In this document: one piece after another, positions 19,097 through 28,947 of the stretch
How positions within the stretch are numbered: the stretch's first letter is position 1
Layout: each line of letters opens with the position of its first letter
DNA from: a virus
Strand: one strand, 5' to 3'
Length of the DNA: 64,000 bases
Virus record (IMG/VR): IMGVR_UViG_3300005529_000023
Span: 64,001-128,000 of that record
Notes under the pieces: generated by a model
What the model was told of the DNA's origin: nothing
What the model saw: the letters and a program-made list of their open reading frames with translations, nothing else
Databases searched by the model: none
Position numbers and translations under genes: made by a program

Positions 19097-20728
19097 TTAT
19101 TTTAAACGCCATTTGCCATTGAAGGAGTTGATCATTTGTCTACATCCATTAGGGTAAGTAAGAATTGAACTATGCACCCAATCAGATGGACCTTCGTTGT
19201 AACTCAGTTTCAGGTAGCTAGACGTGCCTGCCTGCCATGCACCACGAAGGATTTCTGGAGAATGAGCATGTCCTGTATTTGACTTTCTATAGGACTTTTC
19301 CATTCCCCTAATGTTCCCACGACTACCCTTTGGCCCCTTATGGCCGTGCGCCCCATGCTGGATACCAGCGATGAAGTAGTCCTCGTCCATGGAAAGCCAA
19401 CGAATCTTGCTCTTGTTCTTCAGGCCGTACATTGTTTCCGCAGCAAACTGAAGTGGGTTGTGCCCATCTTTCATCGCCTTGGCTAAGTCTACGCCGATGG
19501 AGTAGTTGTTAGCGTCCTTAGTCCACCTACCGTGATCTAGCCAACGATCAAGAAAGAGATCGTGATTAGACTTCACAACATCGACTTCTTCCACGTTAGG
19601 GAAGTTGGAAAGCATGTCTAAGTCTTTAGTGAACTGTTTGAGTTCACTTTCCAGATTAAGCAAACCCTTCTGAGCAAGAATAGCTCTACGAATCTGTCTA
19701 TCTTCCTCGTGATGGTTGATGCTCAGGCCATTGAAACCATCGTGAATGAAGAGTCTTTTCGGTTTGACAAGATTACAGACTTCCTTCCATGCCTTTACGG
19801 CCGTAGGATCAGTCTCACCTGAGTGCCAGTCGCCCATTGTGAGGCTTTCAGCGTACATCTTCGTTACGGTATCGCCGAGATAGTAGTCGCCAAGGTCAAC
19901 GAATCCACCTTTGTCATCGGCTTGGATCTGCCTGAAGTGGTAGATATCATCATTTTCGATCTCTACAATGATAGCGCCGACAACATGGTCAAAGTTTGCT
20001 ATGTAAGCAGTTCTCTTACACATATAAGGACTGCAAATTACGTCATCATTGATGTCAAAGTACCTAGGAATAGTAGCTGCACCAGTAGTCATTTCTGCGT
20101 GAGGATTTTTGACGTTACTGACGGGCATGAACTTCAATCTTTGCTTCGGAGAAGCGTAGATGAAAGACCCATTTCCCTGACCAATACGATCCAGGCCGGT
20201 AGTGGGGTCAATTTGTTTGGCACTTAGCTCGATTGAGCACAAAAACAGATTTGAATTCAAGGCGACATCGGCAAAAACAATGGAATCAACCCCAAACTTA
20301 GGGTCCAGGTTCCAACTTCCAGCTGAGGCAGGATCTGCGCAAGGTAGAACTAGTAACTTGGCCTTCTTTTTCTCGCAGAAAGTTTGAATACTATCCAAAA
20401 ACATAGGGTGCGCGGGGCATCCAACTACGCCGGAAGTAATGACAAATCTTTTATGTTTCTTGATGCTCTGTTTGAGAGCTTCGAGGTTTTTCTCAGTGAA
20501 AATGTTGGAGTCGATGACATGGCTGAAAGCCTCGGGGTCATTGTCCGCTGCCCACTCCCGGGCCTTTTCTCTGAGTATGGTTAGATTCGAGAAATAGTGA
20601 CGAAGCTGGTCTCGACTCCAGCCTTTTCTAGATAAATCGGCTCTTCCAGGATACATGCCCGTCACTTTGACGAAGGCGATGTAGTCCTGGATAAGCTTAA
20701 TATGGTTTTCTGTTAGTTCCATAATCAT
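19097..20728 (-). CDS. Calcineurin-like metallophosphoesterase/nuclease, T5 A1-like
   Basis: GDWH, HDGFNG, SNHD, HGAHGH and GHAHSP metal-binding motifs; size (about 540 aa) and layout recall T5 A1. Confidence 0.6.
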   Translation of the reverse strand: MIMELTENHIKLIQDYIAFVKVTGMYPGRADLSRKGWSRDQLRHYFSNLTILREKAREWAADNDPEAFSHVIDSNIFTEKNLEALKQSIKKHKRFVITSGVVGCPAHPMFLDSIQTFCEKKKAKLLVLPCADPASAGSWNLDPKFGVDSIVFADVALNSNLFLCSIELSAKQIDPTTGLDRIGQGNGSFIYASPKQRLKFMPVSNVKNPHAEMTTGAATIPRYFDINDDVICSPYMCKRTAYIANFDHVVGAIIVEIENDDIYHFRQIQADDKGGFVDLGDYYLGDTVTKMYAESLTMGDWHSGETDPTAVKAWKEVCNLVKPKRLFIHDGFNGLSINHHEEDRQIRRAILAQKGLLNLESELKQFTKDLDMLSNFPNVEEVDVVKSNHDLFLDRWLDHGRWTKDANNYSIGVDLAKAMKDGHNPLQFAAETMYGLKNKSKIRWLSMDEDYFIAGIQHGAHGHKGPKGSRGNIRGMEKSYRKSNTGHAHSPEILRGAWQAGTSSYLKLSYNEGPSDWVHSSILTYPNGCRQMINSFNGKWRLK

Positions 20729-20746
20729 CCTTTGGTTATTGGATGA

Positions 20747-21346
20747 TTACTGCTGTGCAGCTGGTTGATCCGCCTGTGGAGCCTCTTGCGCGGGAGCCGG
20801 TGCGGCCTCAGCTGGGGCAGCTTCTGCGGCTGGCTGAGGAGTTTCTGCCTTCGTGATGTCGTACACTTCGGCAACCTGTAGACGATACTGCCCTTCCTGA
20901 ACTTGCGTCGTCTCGCCAACCTTGAGTCCGAGGATCTTCTCGCAAACCAAAGGATTGGTTGCCTTGAGCTGAGAGTACACGAACTGATAGCGAGGGTTGA
21001 CGATTGTTCCGTCGTCAGCGATCTCGCGAAGAACTACGAAGGAGTTGTCCGTGATCTGTTCAGCAGCGGACATGAAACCTTGGGCTACCCAATTCTTTAC
21101 CCTGTTCGACATCTCTTCGACGTTATTTTCAATCATGATCTTGCGAATCACATCGTCGTTGATTGGCTGTTCAGAGGAAGCAGCTTTTACGATCGAATTG
21201 ACCTTATTGTCGAGAACCTTCAGGATATCCTTGATGGTCATGACATCGCGAACTAGGTTATCCATCGTTTGAAACAGCGAGATAACTCCCTGTTCTAGAT
21301 CCCTGATCTTTTCAGACGCGCTACGATTATCGGTTTTATTTGACAT
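20747..21346 (-). CDS. Hypothetical protein with Ala/Pro/Gln tail
   Basis: SD AAGGAG. Confidence 0.65.
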   Translation of the reverse strand: MSNKTDNRSASEKIRDLEQGVISLFQTMDNLVRDVMTIKDILKVLDNKVNSIVKAASSEQPINDDVIRKIMIENNVEEMSNRVKNWVAQGFMSAAEQITDNSFVVLREIADDGTIVNPRYQFVYSQLKATNPLVCEKILGLKVGETTQVQEGQYRLQVAEVYDITKAETPQPAAEAAPAEAAPAPAQEAPQADQPAAQQ

Positions 21347-21360
21347 GCAATTCTCCTTGA

Positions 21361-21663
21361 TTAGTTTTCGACTTCTTCGCTACCGCGAAGGGCCTGAATT
21401 AGAGTTCTTGTTCTACCGATAGCCGCAGCTACGGAGGTACAACTTCTGTTTAGTGAGGAATCTAGTCCGCTCTTTGGTTCCAGCTTTTCGTTGGAATCCT
21501 GGTGACCATAGCCAAGAATGATGGAATCGAGCGTGTCAAGTTCATTATGTAGATCACTTAGAAAATCTTCGATTTCCTCGGCAGTTTTCATAATCGGCCT
21601 AGCCTTTGGAATTGCCGTTAAATTTTCACAGCTATTGGACTTCGGACTTACCTTATCTCTCAT
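21361..21663 (-). CDS. Hypothetical protein
   Basis: ORF; start chosen at MRDK (SD AAGGA) downstream of a TGATATAAG promoter-like motif. Confidence 0.55.
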   Translation of the reverse strand: MRDKVSPKSNSCENLTAIPKARPIMKTAEEIEDFLSDLHNELDTLDSIILGYGHQDSNEKLEPKSGLDSSLNRSCTSVAAAIGRTRTLIQALRGSEEVEN

Positions 21664-21686
21664 TTTGTTTTCCTTCATACCTTATA

Positions 21687-22718
21687 TCATCCTGGGTTTT
21701 TTGCTGGCATTGTGCTTACCTTCGCGAGAAGCGCTGCCATGCCTGGCGCCCCCTGAATCTGCGTAGCTCTCTGAATCGCCAATGCCGCTTCCTGTTCTGG
21801 CGTTGCAGGAGGAAGTGCGCTGGTCGAAGTTACTCTCTTGGTAGTGGAGCGAATTCTTTCTTGTGTTTCCTTGAGTCTCTTAGCTTGTTCTTCAGCGGAA
21901 AGCGCGTTGATTGGCTTTTCCAGAGGGACGTAACCGAGTTCTTTTTTCAGCTCATCAACTGAGACTCCCTCTTCTGCGGCAACTTGTTCGATGGTGAGAT
22001 CAAGCTGAGTTCTCTTCATGGGAGTAGCGGCCTTAGTTGGAAGCTTAGCAGCAGATGTCTTGGAGTGAAGCTGAGGCTTAGAAGCTGACTTGGGCGCCGT
22101 AGTTCCGCCAATAGGGTTGAGGGTCGTTCTCTTTGGAGCCCTAAGCACGCTAGCTACTTGATTTGCTTCGGCAGTTTCAGTCGCTCCATTAGTAGCCTTG
22201 GAGGCTAGTTTCTTTAAAATATCGACTTCTAGGTCGTTGAATGGACTGGCTACAACGGCGTGCTTTGGAGCTTCTTGTCTCATTCCGAGCATGACTTCCA
22301 TTCTCTCGCGAGCAAAACGCTTGATCTCACGCTCCACATTTTTGATGGCCCGTGCATCAGCTTCCATTCCTTCAAAGAGGCTATGGTTCATGATCATCTT
22401 GTAAAGGTTACCTTGCTCCAGACGAAGACTGGCGTCATTCAGCACCGCAGAAAAATCTTCTTCCTCATCATCGCCATCTGGGAAAAGATCTAGTTCTGGA
22501 TCACCTTCAAAAACAGCAACTTCTGGCTCAGCTGGAGCCGTAAGAGGAGTGAATCCTCGCGACTTTGGCTCTGGCCTATTAGCCGCAGGAAGTGGTGCAG
22601 TGGCCAAGGGCGGAATCAACTGCTGGGCTAGTTCCTGAACGGACTTGCTTTGCTGGACCGAAATAGCGTCTTCTGGCTTGTCCTGAAATTCTTCTTCATT
22701 GTCCCATAGATTGCTCAT
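21687..22718 (-). CDS. Hypothetical low-complexity protein
   Basis: 343-aa ORF in operon. Confidence 0.65.
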   Translation of the reverse strand: MSNLWDNEEEFQDKPEDAISVQQSKSVQELAQQLIPPLATAPLPAANRPEPKSRGFTPLTAPAEPEVAVFEGDPELDLFPDGDDEEEDFSAVLNDASLRLEQGNLYKMIMNHSLFEGMEADARAIKNVEREIKRFARERMEVMLGMRQEAPKHAVVASPFNDLEVDILKKLASKATNGATETAEANQVASVLRAPKRTTLNPIGGTTAPKSASKPQLHSKTSAAKLPTKAATPMKRTQLDLTIEQVAAEEGVSVDELKKELGYVPLEKPINALSAEEQAKRLKETQERIRSTTKRVTSTSALPPATPEQEAALAIQRATQIQGAPGMAALLAKVSTMPAKNPG

Positions 22719-23328
22719 TTTTTATCCTTCGAAGATGATAGCAGTATCCAAGCATGAGGGAATCTGCGGTATCTTCATCTTTCTTTCTCAGAGGCACGCT
22801 CAGAAACTGTCCAAACACTTCGTTTGCCCTTCGAATGTTGACGTGTTTTCTGCCGATGCGCCCGATGCGCTTGCCTTCCTCGTTATAAGCCACTTTTCCG
22901 CCGTTCTTTTCCTTATATTTCTTAACGACCTTATTATGCTTACTTTCTTCTTTGGTCATTTTGCATCCGGTCTCACGACGCCATTGTTCGGTCATGAGGT
23001 ACACGGTCTTAATACGAGTCTCTTTCACATATTGTGCCACAAGAAAGTGGATGAATTCAAGGATTTTCTGCGTATGAATCGCTTTACTTCCCGCAGAAGT
23101 CTCTTCAATCACCAAAGTATCTGGAGCATAGTGGTCAATTAATTTCACTATTTCCCTATAGCAGCTATGTGCCCAATCTACGAAATTGATGGGGTAAATA
23201 CCATCTGGCTGGTGGATCTGCGGAATCTGCCCATACATCTCCAGGTCGATACCATCCTTAGTACTGACCATTGAGGCCCAGCCGGTCTTGGTGGAGATAT
23301 CGAGTGCGAGAATGCGTTCATCGATCAT
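22696..23328 (-). CDS. ruvC: RuvC-like Holliday junction resolvase
   Basis: ILALDIST-KTG, VIEE and DEDTADS acidic motifs. Confidence 0.75.
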   Translation of the reverse strand: MIDERILALDISTKTGWASMVSTKDGIDLEMYGQIPQIHQPDGIYPINFVDWAHSCYREIVKLIDHYAPDTLVIEETSAGSKAIHTQKILEFIHFLVAQYVKETRIKTVYLMTEQWRRETGCKMTKEESKHNKVVKKYKEKNGGKVAYNEEGKRIGRIGRKHVNIRRANEVFGQFLSVPLRKKDEDTADSLMLGYCYHLRRIKNEQSMGQ

Positions 23329-23576
23329 AGGATCTGCTTCGATAGCCCCTCTATTTCCTTTTGGAGTTTGCCGATTTCTTTCTCTATGAACTCCATTTTC
23401 ATGCGAACCCTAGCGTTGTGGTGCTGCTTTTTGCGTTCGTTCCTGCGCCTTTTGAGTTCTTCAGCAATTTCTGCCGAAGTGTAGTCTTTCAGCTTTTTTA
23501 CTGGCGTACATGCGTAACAAGCCAAGTAAGCAGTGTCGGGACTTCCGCAGTTATCGCAGCGACCTACGTGTCTCAT
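23325..23576 (-). CDS. Small zinc-finger/coiled-coil protein
   Basis: CDNC...CYAC followed by a basic coil. Confidence 0.5.
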   Translation of the reverse strand: MRHVGRCDNCGSPDTAYLACYACTPVKKLKDYTSAEIAEELKRRRNERKKQHHNARVRMKMEFIEKEIGKLQKEIEGLSKQIL

Positions 23577-23797
23577 TTGTCAACATCCCACTCTTCACAG
23601 AAGTAGTGATTTAGCCCATAGGCCATCTCATTCTTCAGAAAACAGTAGGTGTTGGTAATCCTACTATTGTCCTTATAGTCGTGCTTGAACATTTGCATGC
23701 CCTGTTCCATCACGATCACATCGTAATAGTATTTTCTAGGCTGACTAGCACAGGAAAACAGTCCAAACATTAGAAATGGGATAAGGTACTTGATCAC
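23573..23797 (-). CDS. Putative lipoprotein
   Basis: Signal peptide with lipobox-like LFSC. Confidence 0.5.
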   Translation of the reverse strand: MIKYLIPFLMFGLFSCASQPRKYYYDVIVMEQGMQMFKHDYKDNSRITNTYCFLKNEMAYGLNHYFCEEWDVDK

Positions 23798-24084
23798 GCT
23801 CCACCTTTTTCTTTAATTAAAGAAACAAGGTACTTGATTCTTTTCTTGTTCTCTTTGCGAGGTTCGGTATAGACCGAGGCCAGTTCCTTCACCTCAGCCT
23901 TGGCAGCCGAAAGCTGTTCATCATTCTTTTGGTTTTCATCGTGTTCAGACTGAGCCTTTGCGATGTCACCAAGACGGCCACGAAGTTGATCGACAGAAAG
24001 TCCGACTACCTCGCCAACGAAAGCCGAATCTTCCTTTTCCATCTTCTCTTCAAACGTAAGTTTCTTTTTAGGTGCTTTAGCCAT
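23794..24084 (-). CDS. Hypothetical helical protein
   Basis: SD GGAG, ORF in operon. Confidence 0.6.
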   Translation of the reverse strand: MAKAPKKKLTFEEKMEKEDSAFVGEVVGLSVDQLRGRLGDIAKAQSEHDENQKNDEQLSAAKAEVKELASVYTEPRKENKKRIKYLVSLIKEKGGA

Positions 24085-24087
24085 GAT

Positions 24088-24423
24088 TTACTCCCTGTAG
24101 TCTATTTTCACTTGTCTTTTGAGCAAGTGCATTTTGTTCAAGTACGAAATAACAGCTTCTATCATAGCTACATGAGGCGTTTCGCTGGAATCGAGCGGTC
24201 TCTTTGAGACCTTCATCGGAAGCTTTGCCTTACTGTAGTTACTCTTGGCTGTACTCATGATATCGAACAAATCTTGTGAGTTAACGACGTGCTCTAGGCT
24301 GCTGATCTCAAAGTGCTTGTGGAAGATCATCTTTAGCCAGACAAGTCTTTCGTCCCGGCGCAGGTTAGCTTCTTTTTCCAGGTATTCCCTAAGCTCGCTA
24401 TCTAGCCTTTGCGGGTCACTCAT
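24088..24423 (-). CDS. Hypothetical protein
   Basis: SD AGGAG, ORF in operon. Confidence 0.6.
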   Translation of the reverse strand: MSDPQRLDSELREYLEKEANLRRDERLVWLKMIFHKHFEISSLEHVVNSQDLFDIMSTAKSNYSKAKLPMKVSKRPLDSSETPHVAMIEAVISYLNKMHLLKRQVKIDYRE

Positions 24424-24431
24424 GCACGCTC

Positions 24432-26492
24432 CTATGCTGCCTGTACAATTCTACTTGTGGCGCCTTCTCTCACAACCACGAGTCTACTTCCGACCATCTG
24501 CTTTACCTCTGGATTGTGGTCTACAATGATCAGCTTTTTGCTGACATTGGAGTTCTTAAGAACTTCGAGTGCCATTTCAATACACACAGTATCCAGCCCA
24601 GTGAAGGGTTCGTCAAGAATAAAAATGCCTATTCCCTTATTTGACTTATTTTCGATAAGGTCGATGACAGCTAGATCCACGGCTAAATCAGTCGCAGAAC
24701 GTTCGCCGCCACACAAACTCTTGATAGGGATGTTCTCGTCTCCATCCAAGTGAATTACGGCATTGACCTCTTCCTTGACTTTGCCTTCTTTGGTCTCCTT
24801 CAATCCTTCAAGCTGGATTGTCGCATTCGCCATGTTGGGAACTTTCCGAATCATGGTCGTTGCACTGTTGCCAATGTCTTCCAGAGCCTCATCAAAAGAA
24901 CGGGACAGGTGACTCTTTAGGGCCTTCTTTAGCTCTTCTGCCTTCTCCAATTCCTTGACTATTGTAGTCAGGACATCGGAAAATCCATCGACCTTGGCAG
25001 CGTGTCCTATTTCCTGCTCTTGGAGGCGTTTTAACATCGACTCATAGTTCTTGAGAGCGGTATCGTAGGCTTTTAGCTTTGATACGGCAGCATCCAAGGC
25101 CCTGCGATCCACTTCTGCCTGTCCGCGAGCTTGATCGGACAGAGAAGCGTGCTTATCCCTCAAAGCTTTCTGTCGAAATGCAAAGTCATCCTGCCAGGTC
25201 TTGTTCAGATGGTGGATGGCATTGGCTTTGTCGGTCTCATTCTGCTTTTCCTGGGCGATCTTCCTGATGAGTTCAACCTCATACTTCTGCATGTGATCAT
25301 ATCCTACGGGAACAAATGGCTTAGCTTGCACTGTAAGTAAGCCCAGTTCGCTAGTCTCGCTTGCAAGCTGTGCAGCCGCTTCATCTCCTGCCTGAATGAT
25401 CTCTTTGAATTTGGCAATTTTCTCAAGAAGGACAGTTTCTTCTGCCTTGGCCCCTTCAGTTGCCCAACTCTGAAGGCAGGTATGGCAAATGTTCTCTCTG
25501 AGTTTCTTGATTTTTAGCGCCGAAGCAGCCGCCTCAGGCTTGACATAGTCACGTTGCCTGACTTTTTCAGCCAAGGAGGACATTTTGAGCTTGAGGGCGG
25601 TGATTTGAGCGTTGATCTTAGACTGCCTATCCTTCTCTTCGAGCATGAGTTGACCCATTTGCGCTCGTAATTGGGTCAGATTCTGCTCCAATTGTGCTCT
25701 AGTTGAGGTATCCACCACAGTTGATTGTGGCTGAGGACGTTGAAGATCGAAAGCTTCTGCTTCAATTCTTTGTTGAGCCAAAATCATCGTGAGGGCGGCA
25801 CTAGAGGTGTCAGCTTTATTCTTGAGTTGGAGTACTACTTCTTGGTGCATATCTCTGACGGGAGCCAATCCCAACCCTAGAATGGCGTCCTGGGTCGTTT
25901 TTACAGCAACACGAGCGCTGTTCAATGAAGTAGTAGCCAGTTCTTTCTTTTCCGTTAGCTCTTTGATCTTGGCATCTAGCACTTCTAGGTCTTTTTTGTG
26001 CTTCGACAGGCCAAGACAATCTGTTAGGAAGTCATTCATTTCCTTTGGTGTGAGAGAAAGAAAGAAACCGCCTTCTTTTTGTCTTTTGTGAAGGATTTTT
26101 CTGAAAAGATCGCGTGGCATTGCTAAAATCTCATCTAGTTTCTCTTCCGAGATCTTACTACTTCCCCTGGTCTCTACACCGTCGAGTTCGATGGCGAGTT
26201 TTCCCTTGTTGCGCGAGATTTTAAGAGCCTTGCCATTGTAATCGAATAGGCCAGAGACAGAAATGGGGTCTTTTGAGACGCGAGACTGTAAAACTGTATT
26301 GGGGATGTCGTTCAGGCCAAGAAGATAGTCTAGGGCATGAAAAACAGTACTTTTACCGGCGCCACTTGAGCCACCAGTGTTCCTGTTCTCCCCGTCTACC
26401 TGAACTAGGTCGCCAAGACTCTCAAAATTGATCACCTGTTCATCAACAAAGCGACCAATTCCAGAGAAACGCAACTCTTTCGGATCAATCAT
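24432..26492 (-). CDS. sbcC: SbcC/Rad50/gp46-like recombination ATPase
   Basis: Walker A GSSGAGKST, long coiled coil with CHTC zinc hook, LCGGE signature, ILDEPF, DH. Confidence 0.9.
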   Translation of the reverse strand: MIDPKELRFSGIGRFVDEQVINFESLGDLVQVDGENRNTGGSSGAGKSTVFHALDYLLGLNDIPNTVLQSRVSKDPISVSGLFDYNGKALKISRNKGKLAIELDGVETRGSSKISEEKLDEILAMPRDLFRKILHKRQKEGGFFLSLTPKEMNDFLTDCLGLSKHKKDLEVLDAKIKELTEKKELATTSLNSARVAVKTTQDAILGLGLAPVRDMHQEVVLQLKNKADTSSAALTMILAQQRIEAEAFDLQRPQPQSTVVDTSTRAQLEQNLTQLRAQMGQLMLEEKDRQSKINAQITALKLKMSSLAEKVRQRDYVKPEAAASALKIKKLRENICHTCLQSWATEGAKAEETVLLEKIAKFKEIIQAGDEAAAQLASETSELGLLTVQAKPFVPVGYDHMQKYEVELIRKIAQEKQNETDKANAIHHLNKTWQDDFAFRQKALRDKHASLSDQARGQAEVDRRALDAAVSKLKAYDTALKNYESMLKRLQEQEIGHAAKVDGFSDVLTTIVKELEKAEELKKALKSHLSRSFDEALEDIGNSATTMIRKVPNMANATIQLEGLKETKEGKVKEEVNAVIHLDGDENIPIKSLCGGERSATDLAVDLAVIDLIENKSNKGIGIFILDEPFTGLDTVCIEMALEVLKNSNVSKKLIIVDHNPEVKQMVGSRLVVVREGATSRIVQAA

Positions 26493-26815
26493 TTCCCAGG
26501 CTCCAGATTCTTCTCATGCCAGCCGCCCTTACCGTCAGATTCTTCGTACTTGACGTTGCCACGAATGATCTCTTTCTGCAGAGCCATCCAAGATTGAAAC
26601 TCTTTCGTCTCAGTCATTCTTTTGAACGCCTTCTTTTTGTTAGCGAGCTGATCGCGTTCTTCCCTCGACTCACCTACGGCACCGCTAGCTTCGTGGACGA
26701 TGCGAACTCCAGAGTTCACCTTGTTCTGATTCTGACCACCTTTGCCACCCGAGCGGAAGGTGTCTATTCTGAGGTCTTTAGCTGTGATGCTAAAGACAAG
26801 TTTACGTTTCTTCAC
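26489..26815 (-). CDS. RF-1 domain peptidyl-tRNA hydrolase (ArfB/PrfH-like)
   Basis: RSGGKGGQNQNKVNSGVRIVH with GGQ motif; ERDQLANK; GTGA overlap start. Confidence 0.88.
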   Translation of the reverse strand: MKKRKLVFSITAKDLRIDTFRSGGKGGQNQNKVNSGVRIVHEASGAVGESREERDQLANKKKAFKRMTETKEFQSWMALQKEIIRGNVKYEESDGKGGWHEKNLEPGK

Positions 26816-27129
26816 TTGTTGCCGTCCCAAATGATGCCAGCATAGAAGCTGCCACGTTTCAGATACTTTTCTTCTCTGAGTCTTTCGAGTTCGTGGTCTT
26901 TGATGTTGAAGTTCATCTTGAGCGCTCGAATGACTTCTAGGACATCAGCCAACTCTTCGTATAGCTCAAGTGTGTTCCTTGCATTCTTGGCTTCTGTAGC
27001 CTCTTCAACAAGCTTATCGAGCATGAATCTAAGGAGTTCGTTACCCTTGGCGATCCTATATTTCATAGGCGTCCTAAGAGGATCTTCGGCGCAAATCTTG
27101 GGCATATGGTCTCTGACCAATTTTTCCAT
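26812..27129 (-). CDS. MazG-like / phosphoribosyl-ATP pyrophosphohydrolase family protein
   Basis: KLVRD, KLVEEA-E and EELADVLEV all-alpha NTP-PPase motifs. Confidence 0.8.
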   Translation of the reverse strand: MEKLVRDHMPKICAEDPLRTPMKYRIAKGNELLRFMLDKLVEEATEAKNARNTLELYEELADVLEVIRALKMNFNIKDHELERLREEKYLKRGSFYAGIIWDGNK

Positions 27130-27377
27130 TAGCTATCCTTAAAATCTTTTGTGGATCTATTTTTGATATCTTCGATAACGTCCAAGTTCACTTCTACCGC
27201 TCGTGCCTGTACTCCGTTATCGACCTTAATTATAGACTGAGACGAAGGAGCCTTCAACATTCTTTTCGCGTTTTTTCCGCATTTTTCGCATGAAAAAAAG
27301 GCAGGCGCTTGCGACGCCTGCCTGAAAAACTTACTCACCGAATTCTTGCATTCGCAAAGGTAATAGATGAGTGGCAC
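27129..27377 (-). CDS. FmdB-like zinc-ribbon protein
   Basis: MP-x-Y-Y-x-C-x-C...C-x2-C. Confidence 0.6.
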   Translation of the reverse strand: MPLIYYLCECKNSVSKFFRQASQAPAFFSCEKCGKNAKRMLKAPSSQSIIKVDNGVQARAVEVNLDVIEDIKNRSTKDFKDS

Positions 27378-27383
27378 AGTAAA

Positions 27384-28262
27384 TTACCAGTACATAGGAA
27401 CAACTTGCTTCTGCTTGTTGTCGAACTGTTCCTTGAACTTTTTGATCATATCTACTTTTTGTTCGCTGGTGTAAATTACCTTACCCTCTGGAGCAACAAT
27501 TTTGATGTTCATTGGACTCGTATTAAGAGGGCAATTGTCGAGATCGTAATGAATCTCAACTCCAAAGAAATCGATTGAATGGGTCGTAGCGCCAGCAAGC
27601 GTTTCATCGCACTTCACAAGAACTACGCGATCAGCATAGCCTTCAGTGACAGCCTGGGTGCCAGTAAGCCACATCTCATCTGCGTACTCTTTCTGATAAC
27701 TCTGTAGTGTTTGCTTACCCTTAGTTCTCTTAACCGTCTGCTGATCAAGTTCGGTGAGACGAGACATCCAAAGCTTGTATCTGCTCTCGATCTGACTTGG
27801 CGATGGTCCACCGAATGCACCAACAAACTCACCAGCCGCTCTATGGCTCATCAAGACACCGTTCTTAAGAACGAGACGATCGCCAAGGTTCTGCGCAATT
27901 TGGAATCCCATGCTTGCAGCAAATAGAGTAACAGTGTGAATAGAACGACCAAGGCCGTTAAGGGCTTCAATCATCTCAAGGCCAGACTGAATGCTTCCGC
28001 CTGGCGTGTTAAGGAAAAGATAAAGAGGCTTCTTCTCGCCCTTGATCTTGGACTTCAGGGTATTGAGTCCCCTATCCAGTTCCTTGGCGTTGGCAATGAT
28101 CTTACCAACACTTGCGCCGTCAACTTCTTCATTCAGAACTAAGGTGTTATCCTTAGAAAGTACAACGGTTTCAGTCTTCTCTTCGCTGTCGGTCGATTTA
28201 GATGGCGTCGCCGCAGCGATCAAAAACGCCAATAGTACTACTAGTACCCTATTTAGTTTCAT
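27384..28262 (-). CDS. ClpP/crotonase-fold serine protease with N-terminal signal peptide
   Basis: LFLNTPGGS, AASMG (Ser), MSH (His), WLTGTQAVTEGYAD; hydrophobic leader MKLNRVLVVLLAFLIAAA. Confidence 0.8.
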   Translation of the reverse strand: MKLNRVLVVLLAFLIAAATPSKSTDSEEKTETVVLSKDNTLVLNEEVDGASVGKIIANAKELDRGLNTLKSKIKGEKKPLYLFLNTPGGSIQSGLEMIEALNGLGRSIHTVTLFAASMGFQIAQNLGDRLVLKNGVLMSHRAAGEFVGAFGGPSPSQIESRYKLWMSRLTELDQQTVKRTKGKQTLQSYQKEYADEMWLTGTQAVTEGYADRVVLVKCDETLAGATTHSIDFFGVEIHYDLDNCPLNTSPMNIKIVAPEGKVIYTSEQKVDMIKKFKEQFDNKQKQVVPMYW

Positions 28263-28947
28263 TGTTAGAATCTCCTTCGTCTTGGTCTATATCACTACTC
28301 TTCTTCGCTTTTGCCTGGCTCTCCGCTTCGCGCCTCATATCGGCAAACTGTTTCAACTTTGAATTGATAGCGGAATCTTTTGGGGTAATAGTGAGTTTGT
28401 TTTCCCCAGTCTTTTCAATGGTTACGCCGTCGCCTACATTGAGGCCGACAGCAGGAGACTTAGAAGATTTGCCGGGATCTTTGCCAAGATCATTGACGTG
28501 TTCAATCGCCTTTATGATCTGAGCAAGTTCCTTCATATCCAGGTCCATGTGTTCTTCATCACCCGTAGCTAGATATTGAGTCAGCTTATTGCCAACCTTT
28601 TTCTGACTTGCCTGAAGCAACAACAGCATGAAGTTTTGATTCATTACCTTGGCTTCAGCGATTCTGCTTTTGATTGTATGCTGGAGTTCGGTCAAGTACT
28701 CTTTCTTAGTCAAGAACCAATCGAACTTATGTGCCAGATACAGGACCAAATTCTTCTTAATACGCAAAGCATTTGAGATCTGCGAGTAGGTGCTACCAGA
28801 AAGGTACATGTCCATCATTCTGTACAATGACTTGTCGTCTACGGACTCAAGGCCCGGCATCCCTTCAGTAACGTATTCTTGTACGCGCTCTAACTCTAGA
28901 GCCGTCATATCTGTTGGTTTTTCTGGAACTGGTAGATTATCTGACAT
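28249..28947 (-). CDS. Hypothetical HTH-containing protein (terminase small subunit-like possible)
   Basis: TYSQISNALRIKKNLV HTH-like segment followed by helices; function inferred only. Confidence 0.4.
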   Translation of the reverse strand: MSDNLPVPEKPTDMTALELERVQEYVTEGMPGLESVDDKSLYRMMDMYLSGSTYSQISNALRIKKNLVLYLAHKFDWFLTKKEYLTELQHTIKSRIAEAKVMNQNFMLLLLQASQKKVGNKLTQYLATGDEEHMDLDMKELAQIIKAIEHVNDLGKDPGKSSKSPAVGLNVGDGVTIEKTGENKLTITPKDSAINSKLKQFADMRREAESQAKAKKSSDIDQDEGDSNNETK

